Shown here one piece after another: positions 1-11,838 of a stretch of DNA of 64,000 nt; position 1 is the first letter of the stretch, and each line of letters opens with the position of its first letter. The translations under genes were made by a program, and so were the position numbers. Under the pieces are notes generated by a model, which was not told the DNA's origin, did not search any database, and saw only the letters and a program-made list of their open reading frames with translations. Where the stretch lies: assembly GCA_964234715.1 (NCBI GenBank), contig OZ174276.1; one strand, written 5' to 3'. Source of the stretch: Podarcis melisellensis. Lineage: Eukaryota.

Positions 1-370
1 TGAACTAAAGCTGAGGTAAAAGAAACTTGCTCTCCTATATTTTCCTTTGCGAATTATGAAGCTCGATATTACCCCAGATGTTCTCTGGGTTCTCAGATAG
101 CACTGCAATAGCGGTGGGGTGCCTGTAATTAAACATGCACTGACCCTGGATTCTGGTATTTTGTAGTATTTGATACTTAGGACTCAGCCACATTGGCAAA
201 GAAAAGGCGCTTTATATGCATTGCTTATGCATTATAACACTGTGACACCAGTTGGCGCTGTAGAGTTGTTTTTGCCAACTCAATTTCTCATACAAAGTTT
301 GCAACGTGTTTAACTGAAATGCTTCTTTGATGTGTCTAAATCCAGCCTTGATGTCTAATGGCCGACAGTA

Positions 371-612
371 CAGTGGTACCTCAGGTTAAGAACTTAATTT
401 GCTCTGAAGGTCCATTATTAACCTGAAACTGTTCTTAACCTGAGGTACCACTTTAGCTAATGGGGCCTCCCGCTGCCACCGTGCCACCACCGCACAATTT
501 CTGTTCTCACCCTGAAGCAAAGTTCTTAACCTGAGGTACTATTTCTGGGTTAGCAGAGTCTGTAACCTGAAGCGTCTGTAACCTGAAGCGCCTGTAACCC
601 GAGGTACCACTG
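371..612. mobile_element. Tc1/mariner (Tigger-like) MITE, family A
   Basis: TIRs CAGTGGTACCTCAGGTTA and TAACCCGAGGTACCACTG, TA target duplication, five near-identical copies in the window. Confidence 0.92.
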
Positions 613-2176
613 TACTGGTAACCGATATATAATGATGTATTTTAAACGTAAAACGTAAAAGCAAAAAAACTTTCTATCTGTCAGAAACATTTCCCAGCCA
701 AATATTTCCATGTCCGACACAGAATCTGTTATCGATGGTACTGGGGGAACATCTAGGTTGCACACCCATGGTTCACACCATTGTCCATTTGTGAATGGAC
801 GGTGTGTCCTAGAATATCAAGGCCAAGACTTTGCCTCCCTTGTCAGGTGTGGCTAAAGGTTCTAGAGGTCACAGGCTAAACGTGTTCCCTTGGTGAGCCA
901 TGATGGGCTTACCTAACAGAAGTGGCAAGCAGTGGCACCCCAGGCAGCAACAGGTAGCTGATGACCATCATTTTCATTTGCTGCAATGCATCAGAGCATC
1001 ACTACATCTGTGGCATTGTGGGGAAATTACATGGCAGCTGGACCCAATGGCCCAATACTACTTTGAGCATTAGGCAGGGGATTAAGCAGGTGCTAGCAGC
1101 CGGCCCTGCCAGGATATTGGTGTCCTGGCAGTTGCCCAAGAATACCTGATGCTGCTGACACTGGTCCAGGGCCTTGCGGCTTGTCATAACAGGTGACGAG
1201 CTGCCATGACCTCACCCCACGCTTTATTACAAGCTCTGTTGAGCTATTGAAGTAACTGAAGTTATTCAGCTGAAGAAATGAGCACAGAATGGCATGCGGT
1301 TGAAGTGATTTACAGATCAGGGAGGAATTGAGTCGGGATGCCTTCATAAACAGAATAAAACTATTTATAGGCACTTCCTAACGCCACTGCCAATTTTATT
1401 TTTAACAAGTTTCCTTGCCACCTTTGCAACATATACCCCTTCAACCTCGATCCATCCTAGGGAAGGTTGTCGTTTTTAGACATCTGCATTTATGACTACT
1501 CTTCTCATGAAGAACTCTTTTTGTACAGACTTAACTGTAATGTTATGGATGTAATTTTTGGGTCCTTGTTCGTTCTGTTGCCCATGGGTAATAAATATGT
1601 ATGTAGTCTACATTGTCGCAAGGGCAGAAACCTGTCCATCACATACATGGCTGGGCTTACATAATCAAACTGTGATACTATGTAGTGGAGTAAAGATTTT
1701 CTGCGGGTGCGAGGGGAGAGGTGGTGGTTCTATGTAAGTGGTACACCTGTCAAACCAATTTACAGACATCTTAAGGTAAATTCAGGGATTCTTTGATTCT
1801 ATGATTCTTTGAGAAGAAAAGCTCCCCACGGAGCATAAAATATGTTTTGCATATCCCATGATTTCATTTGTAGGGATGCACTATCAGGCGTTTGCCTAAT
1901 GCTAAGGACTAGCTATTTGATGCAGTAAATTTGCATACTTTTATTGTAAATACTATGGTAAAAGGGGTGGGGTTTTTCCAATTTAAATGCACCTTCAACT
2001 GGTAAGAGATTGTGTAAATGTATGAACCACATAAAAAGTAATGTGATTATGTGAATCTCTGGCAATACTTTGGAAAGGTTTGATTTCCCTCCTCTGAGGT
2101 TGTTGTTGTTTCAGCAAGCTTTTTGCTTTCCTTCCTTATAAGTTAAATCATGTTTATTGAGAAGTAAGTCTTAATG

Positions 2177-2394
2177 CAGAGGACCTTCTTGGTAGTGGCT
2201 CCTACCCTGTGGAACACCCTCCCATCAGATGTCAAGGAAATAAACAACAATCCAACTTTTAGAAGACATCTGAAGGCAGCCCTATTTAGGGAAGTTTTTA
2301 ATGCTTGAAGTTTTATTCTGTTTTTAAAGTTCTGTTGAAAGCCACCCAGAGTGGCTGGGGAAACCCAGCCAGATGGGCGGGGTAGAAATAATAA

Positions 2395-2439
<45 letters not shown>
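2177..2439 (+). mobile_element. L2 LINE 3' end with (ATT)n tail
   Basis: Encodes FLVVAPTLWNTLPSDVKE..TFRRHLKAALFREVF (L2 ORF2 C-terminus), then a 3' stem-loop region and (ATT)n. Confidence 0.85.
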
Positions 2440-2442
<3 letters not shown>

Positions 2443-3877
2443 TGGGCTTCACTTCCAAGGATGTTTAAGGATGGAGGATTGGAGTGGAAGCTTCCTCTAC
2501 CCCAAAGCTTAGTCCCAGACTAGCCAAACAGCTTGCCCTGCGGTTAAACCAATCTTCCCCAGCTGGTGCTTTCCAGATGTTTTGATTCACAGCTTTCCCC
2601 CAGACCCATCCAGCATGGCTAGTGGTCAGGATTTATGCAAATTGTAATCCAAAAGATCTGAAGGGCCTTCATTTGTGGAAAACTATGTTATCCTTGCTCC
2701 GGGGTTTTACCAATTCATACTGGAAGTAGAGACTCAAACGCTTCAATGTCAGCAATTAATAATTATCATGATGATAGAAACTGCACAAAGAACTGTGATC
2801 TTAGGGTAAAGGGGATTTCCTTCTCCCCAATACATGTAGGCATTTTTTACAAGGATCCTCCATTTGCAGTCTGAAATGTGACATTCTTTATGATAAACTC
2901 GCGTTCTGAGTGTTTAACAAGGAACTCAGCAAGTTTGTGGGAAAGACCCAGAAATCAAAATTGTGTGTGTGTGTGTTTTGTAAGGAATCTCTTGATTATT
3001 TGTAGCTGTCATTGGCCATCAAGGAATTGCATTCTGTACAATTCATACAATTTATTGTTGCAAGCTTATTGCAGTTCCAGTGCACAAGGCAGGATACTGG
3101 AGTCATTTGTAAGCAGTGTTTGGAAGAAGGGAGCTTCAAACACTACAGGGAAGAGGAAGGTGAACTTGGCCAAAAATAGGAGGACTAGGATTTCCTTTGT
3201 TTCTGACAGCACAAATGCAATGGCTGAGTCTTGTAATACTTGAAAACTCTTGTAGCCACAAAAAAGTTTCCTGCATTTATAATTTTCCTTCCTTTTCCCA
3301 GTGGTAACTGTGTTGCAGGCACTGATGGATACATCCTCCTTGCATAGAAATTGAACCTGAGGTCATATTTTGCCACTGCTGATTGCTCAGATGGATCCTT
3401 GGCCCATTCTAAAGTGTGTAGTTTCCCCACTACCTCACCGTAAATACACTTCATAAGATACAGCTGGAAGACAGTGATCATTAAACATTACGCCTTTGTT
3501 TGCTAGGCAGATGGTCTGTGCCCACAAAAACCAAACGTTTGGATTTTTCCATATTTCTTGAATGGATATTTCTTGATCCGCAAAATCACATTTTTCCAAA
3601 AAGCAATGCCTTTGCTTCATCATACATAAGGCAGCAATTTTACTAATAGCAAGCATGTACTCTGCTTTTTAAACTGAGGAAACATGTCTCTTTGCAACAA
3701 CCGGCTTGCTTTGATTGCAGCCTTCTCCATTTCTTGGCTTGGCAGAGACTATGTCATCCAGTGGAGTTTTGCAAGTGGACGTGCAAGTTCGGCAGCAGGG
3801 CAAGGAGGCCAGGACACACCACACTGCCCGTCCTTTCTGTGACCTAAAGAAAACTGAAGCTCTCAATAAAGTTCCTT

Positions 3878-5090
3878 AAATGCCAGAAACAGGTAGAATG
3901 CCAGCAAAAGGGGGGGGGGGTTGTTTGCTTTCCCGTGTTTTGCATTGTGTGTCACCTGTATGATAATCTCCCTGCTGGACAGAAGTCATGGGTGTGTCTG
4001 AGGTGCAAAGAGTTCCTACCTTTCTGGGAACAAGTTCATTCCCTTGAGGCCTATGTAAACAAGTGTAAAGTGATGCATGATGGGGCAAAAGTTAATCTTA
4101 ATTTCACATTTACAGTAATGGGGGACTGAACTGGCAGTGACTGACCAGAAAGGAGACTTTGGGGTTGCAGTAGATGAAGATGTTGACCCAGTGTGCAGCA
4201 GCTGTGAAAAAGGGACCGTTAGAAAAGAAACTAAAAAGAGAAAAGGTTCGGAAAAGGGCAACCCAAATGATCAAGGGAACGGGTGTAACTCTCCAATGAG
4301 GAAAGGTTTTAGCGTTTGGGGGCTTTTTAGTTTAGAGAAAAGACATGGTAGGAAGCGCAGGGCTTTTGTTCAGTCGGAACTCACCGGAACTGTGTTCCGG
4401 CACCTCCCAGCTGGGCCCCAGAAGTGGGGGAGAGACCTGGCCAGCCTCAGCAAAGACCCACTGCATCTCCGGCTTACAAGGAGACCCGCCCCAAACCCCA
4501 AAAAAGGCTCTGCAGAGGGTCTCCTCATGAGCCAGAGGCACAGTGGGACTTTGCTGAGGCTCTTCAGCCGCCCCGCCCCCAGCTAACAGCTGATGTGTGG
4601 GATAGCCGTGCCTCAGCTGGGCAAGCTCCCACGCTGTTCCAGTTCATGCCAGCAGGAGAGGCGAGGGGCCAGGGGGCTCATTAAGCTGCCCAGCTGAGGT
4701 GTAGAAGGCTCCCCTTGCCTCAGCTGAGCACCTTCAACAAGACTGTGGCACAAAGAGATCTTCTTTGGGCTCTGGGGTGGGTCTTCTGAGGGAAGTACAT
4801 TCTGGCGCCTTTTTTGCTCGGAAAAAAGCACTGAGAAAGTGTATAGAGAAATGTGTTTCTCGCATGCTCATGACATGACTTCTTCACACAGCAAAGGGTC
4901 CCACTATGGAATTCGCTTCCCACTGGAGGCAGTGATGGCCACCAACATGGATGGCCTGAGAAGAGGATTGGACAAATTCATGGACAATAGCTACTCACCA
5001 CAATGACTGTGTTCCACCTCCCCTGTCAGAGGCATCATGAGTCTGAATGTCCGTCGCTGAGAACTGCAGGTAGGCGGAGTCTTGCTCTTA
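3878..5090 (+). mobile_element. Internally deleted CR1 LINE (ORF1 zinc-finger start joined to ORF2 C-terminus and 3' UTR), interrupted by a hAT element
   Basis: FPVFCIVCHLYDNLP-WVCLRCKE-QVHSLE is a CR1 ORF1 CxxC/CxxC plus zipper. It is followed immediately by ORF2 motifs NKCKVMH, DFGVAVD, GLFSLEKR, and after the insert by FFTQ..LWNSLP and the CR1 3' UTR. Confidence 0.8.
4358..4833. mobile_element. Non-autonomous hAT element
   Basis: Termini CAGGGCTTTT and AAAAAGCACTG. Degenerate 8-bp TSD AGGAAGCG / AGAAAGTG. Confidence 0.78.
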
Positions 5091-5354
5091 TGTTATTAAT
5101 TTAGCAGGCAGAGTTAATTTTATAGAGTTGTATTAAAACTTCCTTAAGTGCCATCTGTTGAATTCCATGGTCTCTGCTAGATTATCATTAGTGGCTGATT
5201 CTAATCTTTACTAAACTCAGAATACTGGATAACAAATACAGTCGAGGAAGCACTTTGTGAGAGAGAGCTGACAAGGCTGTATTTCAAATCCTAGATTCTG
5301 AACTTTGTTACTTATTCCAAAATAGGATGGTTGAATTGTCAGTATAGAACTACA

Positions 5355-5669
5355 GGGAAGGGCATATACCTCAGTAGCAGAGCTCATGCTTTGCATGCAA
5401 AATGTCCCTTTATTCAATCCCTGGTGTCTCCAGGGAAAGACTAAATCAGGCTTCCTCAAACTTGGCCCTCCAGATGTTTTTGGCCTAAAACTCCAATGAT
5501 CCCTAACTAGCAGGATCAGTGGTCAGGGATGATGGGAATTGTAGTCTCAAAACATCTGGAGGGCCGAGTTTGAGGAAGCCTTGACTAAACCTTGCAGAGC
5601 TGTTGCCGGCCAGTGTCAGCAATACTAAGCTAGAGAGACCAATGTTCTGAGTGGCTGCTTACATTCCTA
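5355..5669 (+). mobile_element. tRNA-derived SINE (Squam3-like), interrupted by a hAT MITE
   Basis: tRNA-like head (CTCAGTAGCAGAGC...TTTGCATGCA...TTCAATCCCTGG) and Squam3-like body resuming at 5583. Confidence 0.75.
5447..5582. mobile_element. hAT MITE (palindromic squamate family)
   Basis: Long TIRs AGGCTTCCTCAAACTTGGCCCTCCAGATGTTTT and AAAACATCTGGAGGGCCGAGTTTGAGGAAGCCT. 8-bp TSD GACTAAAT / GACTAAAC. Confidence 0.9.
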
Positions 5670-6420
5670 TACTCTATTTAAAACCATTTGTGCAAACCAG
5701 AGGCTCGATACTCACCTTAAAGTAGCTGCACTGAAGTCCCAGTGCAAACATTTGTTTAAGAGGTCTGGCATAAACTCTGGCCCTTTGAAGATGGGCATTC
5801 CTCCGGCTTCAAGCAAGGGTGGGTTTGTCCCACCCCATGACTGGAATGAAACACTGCTGGAAGTGGGGGTGGCACAACACACGGGTGTCAGCAGGAAGCA
5901 GGCCTGCACAATCAAAAGCATTATGCCTGTGCATTTGTGCTGACATCTCTTTTATCTGATTTGCTATTTTGCTGCATTGTTTCATTTGCGTTCTAATTTT
6001 TGTCGATCAAATTGCTCTCTGTCACATGGAGATCTTGGTGACTAAGCAACCAATGAATGCTGTTGTTGAACTTTAATGCTTTTACTGGTCTTTGAGTGCT
6101 TGATACCTTCGAGAGCACCTGCTCCCACGTTGACCTTCCGCACCCCAAGTTTAGCAGATGATGCTCTGTTCTGTGATCCATGTTCTACAGTTGTAAAATC
6201 TGTAACGTTCCAGCACAGGACTTTTTGAGCTGAGATGTCCTTCCTTTGTATTCTTTGCTTAGGGAACCTGAAGTGCCCCCCTTTTTACAGTTTTTCCTTG
6301 TAGCTCAAGCCTACTTTTTATTTTCATAAGCCTTTACTGGTTATTGCTTAGCTTTTGAGGTTTTCTGCTAGTGATTATAATTTTTATTTGTTGGCCAGCA
6401 GTTTTAAGGATTCTTCTACT

Positions 6421-6598
6421 CAGTGTGGTGTTTTTTCCTGAGGGGATGCAGAGGTACGCATACCCCTAAACATTTTGGAAATCTTTGTACTTTTGCCCAT
6501 TTACTATATTTATCTTTCCCAATTTGAACTATAAAATGGTGATTTTCTTGAGTCAAAATGAGAGTACCCCTAAACATTTTTAAAGAAAAAAAGCACTG
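6421..6598. mobile_element. hAT MITE
   Basis: Termini CAGTG..TTTTTT and AAAAAAAGCACTG. 8-bp TSD CTTCTACT / CTTTTACT. Internal repeat of TACCCCTAAACATTTT. Confidence 0.82.
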
Positions 6599-8340
6599 CT
6601 TTTACTATATAATCTTTATTTGTATGTCGCTTTGACATACAAATTCTGCTTCTTTTATTCCACATAATTCAAATTGTAAGTGTTCTTCACAGGCATGCTG
6701 CTTGCCTCTTGAATGACTGGTGGTGTGTGGAACAGCAGTTTGGGAACTCCTGTTCTAGAGATTTCTCATCGCCATTCCCCCATCTGCCTCAGCACTATTC
6801 CTTATCTATAGCTGCAAATCAATGACTTAGTTTTGAGTAAAACTGCCTTGTCTAGGTTGCTTAGTCATCTACCTTAAAGAACTAAGAGTTCTAAGATGGT
6901 GTCTTAAGATTACTAATGCTGTAACATAAGGGAACCTAGAAACATTCAGAAAAGTTGTGTCCAGTAGAGGCAGAAGTTCCATTGCTTAGAATAATAGAAT
7001 CATAGAATGTTAATGTTGTAAGGGGCCCTGATTGAGATTCATCTAGTTCAACCCCCTGCCATGCAGAAATCTCAATGCATGGTCTGTTGCTTCTTCCTGT
7101 TCTGAAAATTTCATTAAGAAACCATGTAGCACAGAGGATGAAGGCACAAGTGCTAATATTACTTAAATATGACAGAGCAGATAGTTGCCTTTTTAATGCT
7201 TTTATAAAAGCATGCATAAAATAAGTATATTTGTTACAAAGAATAACTCTAATTTCTAATGTTAGTTTACTTAACATTAAAAAAAACAGCAAAAAAGCAG
7301 TTAAAGTCTCTGTAGTTTTCTTGTCACTCCCGGGAGATGTTTGTTGCAGACTCTCTCCTCGCTCATGGAAAAGCATTTTGGAACTTACTGAATATGGAAA
7401 TCAGAAGCCTGAAACATGGCAATCAAAAGTTTTAAACATAGCTATAGCTGGCAGAAAAAAATAGTAACCCAAAATTTCACAGTTTGTTGAGATGATGAAA
7501 CCTTCAACATTCTGCACAAGAGCTGATATAGTGCTGGCGTAAATTTATTTGCTAAACAACAGGTGGCTGCAGTGCAATTCTGGCTTCTGACTGTTTTATG
7601 TGATGTGATGGCAAAGCATCTTGCTTCCATTTTGACTGAACCTTTGGCCTTGATTGAAATCACTATTTCTTTCACAAGTTTATTTCCTCTCTTTGGATTT
7701 TCCAGGCTTAGGATGGTGGAAATAAGAAATCTGTTCCCTGCACACTGCCATTTCTGTTGTCATTTACCACTTAGTAACACTGGAGCCATTCTCACTGTAC
7801 GTTTATCAAAGAATTTCTGCACCACTGTATGTTGATCTGTCCTTATGGAGTTTCCTTTCTTTTTTTACTCCCCTGTAGTAGGGTCGCTTTCCATTTCTTA
7901 TCCATGTTGTATCTTATAATAAACTTCTATAAGGAGATTTTTTGCTTTTTGGTTTTTTTTTACAAATCTAGATTTGCAAAATAACTACATCTGCATTCGC
8001 TATAATTAAAATATTCTAGATGGAGTGAGATCCAAACTAATTGATTCCCACATAACAGAAACAAGCGCTTGACTCACCTTAAATTCTGTCCAAGAATAAG
8101 GAGTTGAAAAAGCTGAGATAAAACCAATTCTTTTGCTTTTGTTTTTAACATAGATGCTTTCACAGTTCCATACATATGAAAGACCCATTGGTTGCTCAAG
8201 ACTTGCTTAGGTTAGCAAGAGCTGAAACCATTGAGAGCCATGATTATCAATAACACATTCTATAGCTGTACTTTCATTTCCCCCCAGCCTTTTAAAAAAA
8301 ACAACCAATTTCTCCATCCAATCATGTATATATACTTCAC

Positions 8341-8478
8341 TTCATTTGCATCTGATGAAGTGGACTGTAGTCCATGAAAGCTGGTGACATAATACATTTG
8401 TTAGTCTTTAAGGCTCCACAAGACTCTTCCTTGTTTTCAGTGCAAAAGACTAGTACAGCTATTCCTCTGGGGAAACAT
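8341..8478 (+). mobile_element. Penelope-like element terminal-repeat relic with hammerhead ribozyme core
   Basis: GCAT-CTGATGA-A-GTGGAC-TGTA-GTCCAT-GAAA-GCT followed by TTTGTTAGTCTTTAAGG..CCACAAGACTC, the typical reptile PLE repeat. Confidence 0.82.
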
Positions 8479-9994
8479 TTCTACCCAGGTGACAAGAGAA
8501 GTTCTAACCATTTCCTTATACCTTTCCTCTTTTGCTCAACTGTAATAACAACAGGATCTTTGTACATTTCACAATTACAGATGTGTGTTAAATGCAGGCA
8601 AAAGCTAAATCTGTGAGCTGCTTCTGATTTAGCAACAGGGGCGAATTTTATTTGCCTCTCGGGAACTGTTCTCACCACTCCTTGTGGTTGTTCCCTCCAC
8701 TGAGTTACAGTAAGGTCATGGAGCAAACTGCTCAGCTATCCAACTTGAAAGGCTAGTACGTGACTCTTCAGAGCTTGAAATTCAGTGGAGAATCTTGCTC
8801 TTCAGGTTATAGTAAGCAGCTTTTGTCAGCTGAATCTGATCTATTAGCTTTTCCGTGGCCCACATGGCCTTAAACTGCAACAAGGTTTAAGGATTAGATA
8901 AGAAGCCTTCCTTGCTCTGTAGAAAAGAAAGGATTTTAATTACATTTTTGTTGTATCGTTTTAGTGGTTTCATATTCAGCACTCATTTAAGGATTTTAAA
9001 GGCTTTTGTCTCTCTCGTTTCATGTTTGAATTTAATCCCACATTAGAATCTGAAAAGTCAAGGATTAGCTTTTAGGAGCAATGTACCAAACACCCTGCTA
9101 TCTCTGTTGATTCCAGTAGGGACTGCTATGTAAACTCCATTCATTTCAGTAGGCTGCCTGCCAAGAAGCCACATGGGCTTGATCAAAATATCATCTCTCA
9201 AAAACTGGGGGGGACAAATCTGAGTGATGCTTAAGTAGCTTGTAAGGATCAGAAATAAATTTCTGACTTCCAGACTTCCAATCTTAAAGAACCACATCAG
9301 AAAGCTACTTCTTAAAAACACTGCTAGTTTATCCATCAGTGATTCAGAAACTTTCCATACAATCTCATTTTTGTCTGCCCTAGTTATTTACTCTGATACT
9401 GGAACTTTATCTCCACTTACTAAAAATTTGGAACATTATATTCAACTAAAACCGAAAATAGCAAATAGGCATTTCTGAGACACATATCATCATAATGTTG
9501 GGCACTTTCTTTCCCTGTGTACAATGCATGTGCATAAATGCATACATACTCTATGTATTTATGACATGGCTTTCTATGACATGGCTATAGCTCCAGCAAA
9601 GCACGCTAAGCGTGGAGTAGTTTACAATTCTACAACTCCTCTCTTGCTAATCAGTAGTTTGGAGGCAGGGAAAGGGATAGCGTTAGTTAAGGAAAAAGAG
9701 AAGTTCTTTCCTCTGTAGCCCTCCCATAAACTGAGGAAGATGGAGTGTGGTTGAGGAAAGGTCCCAGGGGCCAGACTGGAATTCCCTGAGGATCATGTCC
9801 AGTTCATCAGCCAGAAGGTTCTTTATTCCAAGAACAGTGCATTTGTGATTATGATAACCTTTGCAATAATTCATAGTTACCTTCACACTGAGTGAGCAGT
9901 GTACGTTCAGATTGTGACAAAAAAGCAACTTTTCTAGATAGGATAAATGACTGTCCCCTAGAACAATACATATTGCACATGATGATGATGATTA

Positions 9995-10161
9995 CCGTAT
10001 TTTTCCGTCTGTAAGACGCCCCCATGTATAAGACACCCCCTATTTTGGGTGACTCAGAATTCAGAAAATGGGGGGAGATGACCCTGTGTATGACGCCCCC
10101 TATTTTTTTACATTCTTTTTTAGGAAAAAAAAAACCTAGTCTTATACACGAAAAAATACGG
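9995..10161. mobile_element. Tc2/Kanga-like MITE
   Basis: TIRs CCGTATTTTTCCGTCTGTAAGAC and GTCTTATACACGAAAAAATACGG, with TA TSD. Confidence 0.88.
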
Positions 10162-10221
10162 TAATTTCCAGCCCTTGATTTAGTCCTGAGTGGTATTCAA
10201 GATCTTGTATGAGATACTTTG

Positions 10222-10700
10222 TTATTGGCATCTGTCTGTCTCAGGAGACAATGGAGGCAGAGGCAGATTTAGGGGAACGCGACCAGTTCATTCCCACTGG
10301 GTGTGGAGCCTTGGGGGCATTGCAGGAGGCACCACAACTGTAATGTACAATGGAAGGTGAGAGGTGGGGTACTGAATTTTGGCATCCCACAGATTGCTGC
10401 TGAAATTTGAGACCCCAAGGTCCACCACTGATGGAGGACTGCACCTTTGGGGGCGAAGGCAAACCATTGAAGAGTTGCAGCACCTGCTGTGCCTATGGAG
10501 ACCGACACAGGAGAAACACATTTTATTGTAGGCAGAGTTTTGTTGCTACAGGTGCACCATGGAATTTCTTCTCTCTTTGTGCCTCCCAGTGGTCATTCCT
10601 CCTCTGGTCACTACTGTGGATACGTGACCTGACTGTTTCTCCAGGCACTGTGGTGACCTGCAAGGGATTCCCACAAGGTGGGGTTTATGTTGCCAGCCTT
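10222..10700 (-). mobile_element. RTE-clade LINE 3' end or derived SINE (degenerate)
   Basis: TTGGCATCTGTCTGTCTCAGGAGACAATGGAG resembles the reverse complement of squamate RTE 3' ends; the sequence continues after the insert. Confidence 0.5.
10258..10430. mobile_element. hAT-like MITE inserted in an RTE-like fragment
   Basis: Termini CAGAGGCAGA and TCCACCACTG, flanked by duplicated ATGGAGG. Confidence 0.72.
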
Positions 10701-11136
10701 CATGTCTCATTTGCAAGTGTTGTCAAACCAGCAGTAAAGCGAGATCACAGTACTATCAAATTGAACACATGGAAGAAGTGAAAACTTGCCTGTAGAGTCG
10801 AACCTGGTCTCATTTAACTACAAAAAGAGGAAATATCTAAAAAAATGAGGGGATTGCATAAGAGGAGATTGAAAGGGACAGTAAGATTAGATCTGTTCAG
10901 GATGTTTTGGGGTTTTTAAACCATTCTAGCAGACACTTAGGTAGAATGCATCCATAACACTAAGAGTGTTTAAAACAAGTGTGAGGGAATGCCAGAATGC
11001 TAAACAAGCAGAGTCAACAAAACCATAAAGAGTGAGAAGGCTTCTCAAAGGCATCAGGTTGTAACCCTAGTTGTAAGCAAAATGCTAAACCAGATGGATC
11101 TTTGGTAATAAATAAATAAGTAAACAGTGTAACTTG

Positions 11137-11387
11137 CCATATTTTTTGCTCTATAAGACTCACTTTTTCCTTCCTAAAAAGTAAGGGGAAATGTGTGTGT
11201 GTGTTATGGAGCGAATGCAGGCTGCGCAGCTATCCCAGAAGCCAGAACAGCAAGAGGGATTGCTGCTTTCACTGCGCAGCGATCCCCCTTGCTGTTCTGG
11301 CTTCTGAGATTCAGAATATTTTTTTTCTTGTTTTCCTCCTCCAATAACTAGGTGCTTCTTGTGCGTCTTATAGAGCGAAAAATACGG
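11137..11387. mobile_element. Tc2/Kanga-like MITE with internal hairpin
   Basis: TIRs CCATATTTTTTGCTCTATAAGAC and GTCTTATAGAGCGAAAAATACGG followed by TA. Internal inverted repeat at 11236-11306. Confidence 0.88.
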
Positions 11388-11756
11388 TATTATTCATTTG
11401 GTCCTTTATTCATAAAAGTATTTATATGCCACCATTTCAAAAAAAATGTCGGGGGGATTTATGTCTCCAATTGAAGCATCATTTAAAACAAGCCAGTGCA
11501 AAGAAATAATAATTTAAACAATTGCTTTCTGAGTGGATGTTTTAAACTCCAACTCTCCAGCATTTGAGAGGACACTTAGCATACCATAGAAGAGGAGAGC
11601 TCTCCTGCTGTGTGCTAATCAGGGGTGGTTTACATTGGAAAGCAGTTGCCAAGGGCAGGGGCAGAGCACATTGCCAGCCACCTCAACGCAGCAGCTGGCC
11701 TGTGTCCTCTGCAGTGTTTCCCGTGTTGAAGGCTAACATTTTGCAGGTGGACAAGA

Positions 11757-11838
11757 AAGGAAGGAAGGAAGGAAGGAAGGAAGGAAGGAAGGAAGGAAGG
11801 AAGGAAGGAAGGAAGGAAGGAAGGAAGGAAGGAAGGAA
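11757..11838 (+). repeat. (GGAA)n microsatellite, about 20 units
   Basis: Directly visible perfect tetranucleotide array. Confidence 0.98.

Noticed and set aside
4137-4923. Cluster of GC-rich ORFs up to 149 aa
   Set aside because: Chimeric readings across decayed CR1 and the inserted hAT element.
5355-5430. tRNA-like sequences (also 42310-42383 and 59815-59880)
   Set aside because: Decayed SINE heads followed by SINE bodies, not cloverleaf-complete tRNA genes.
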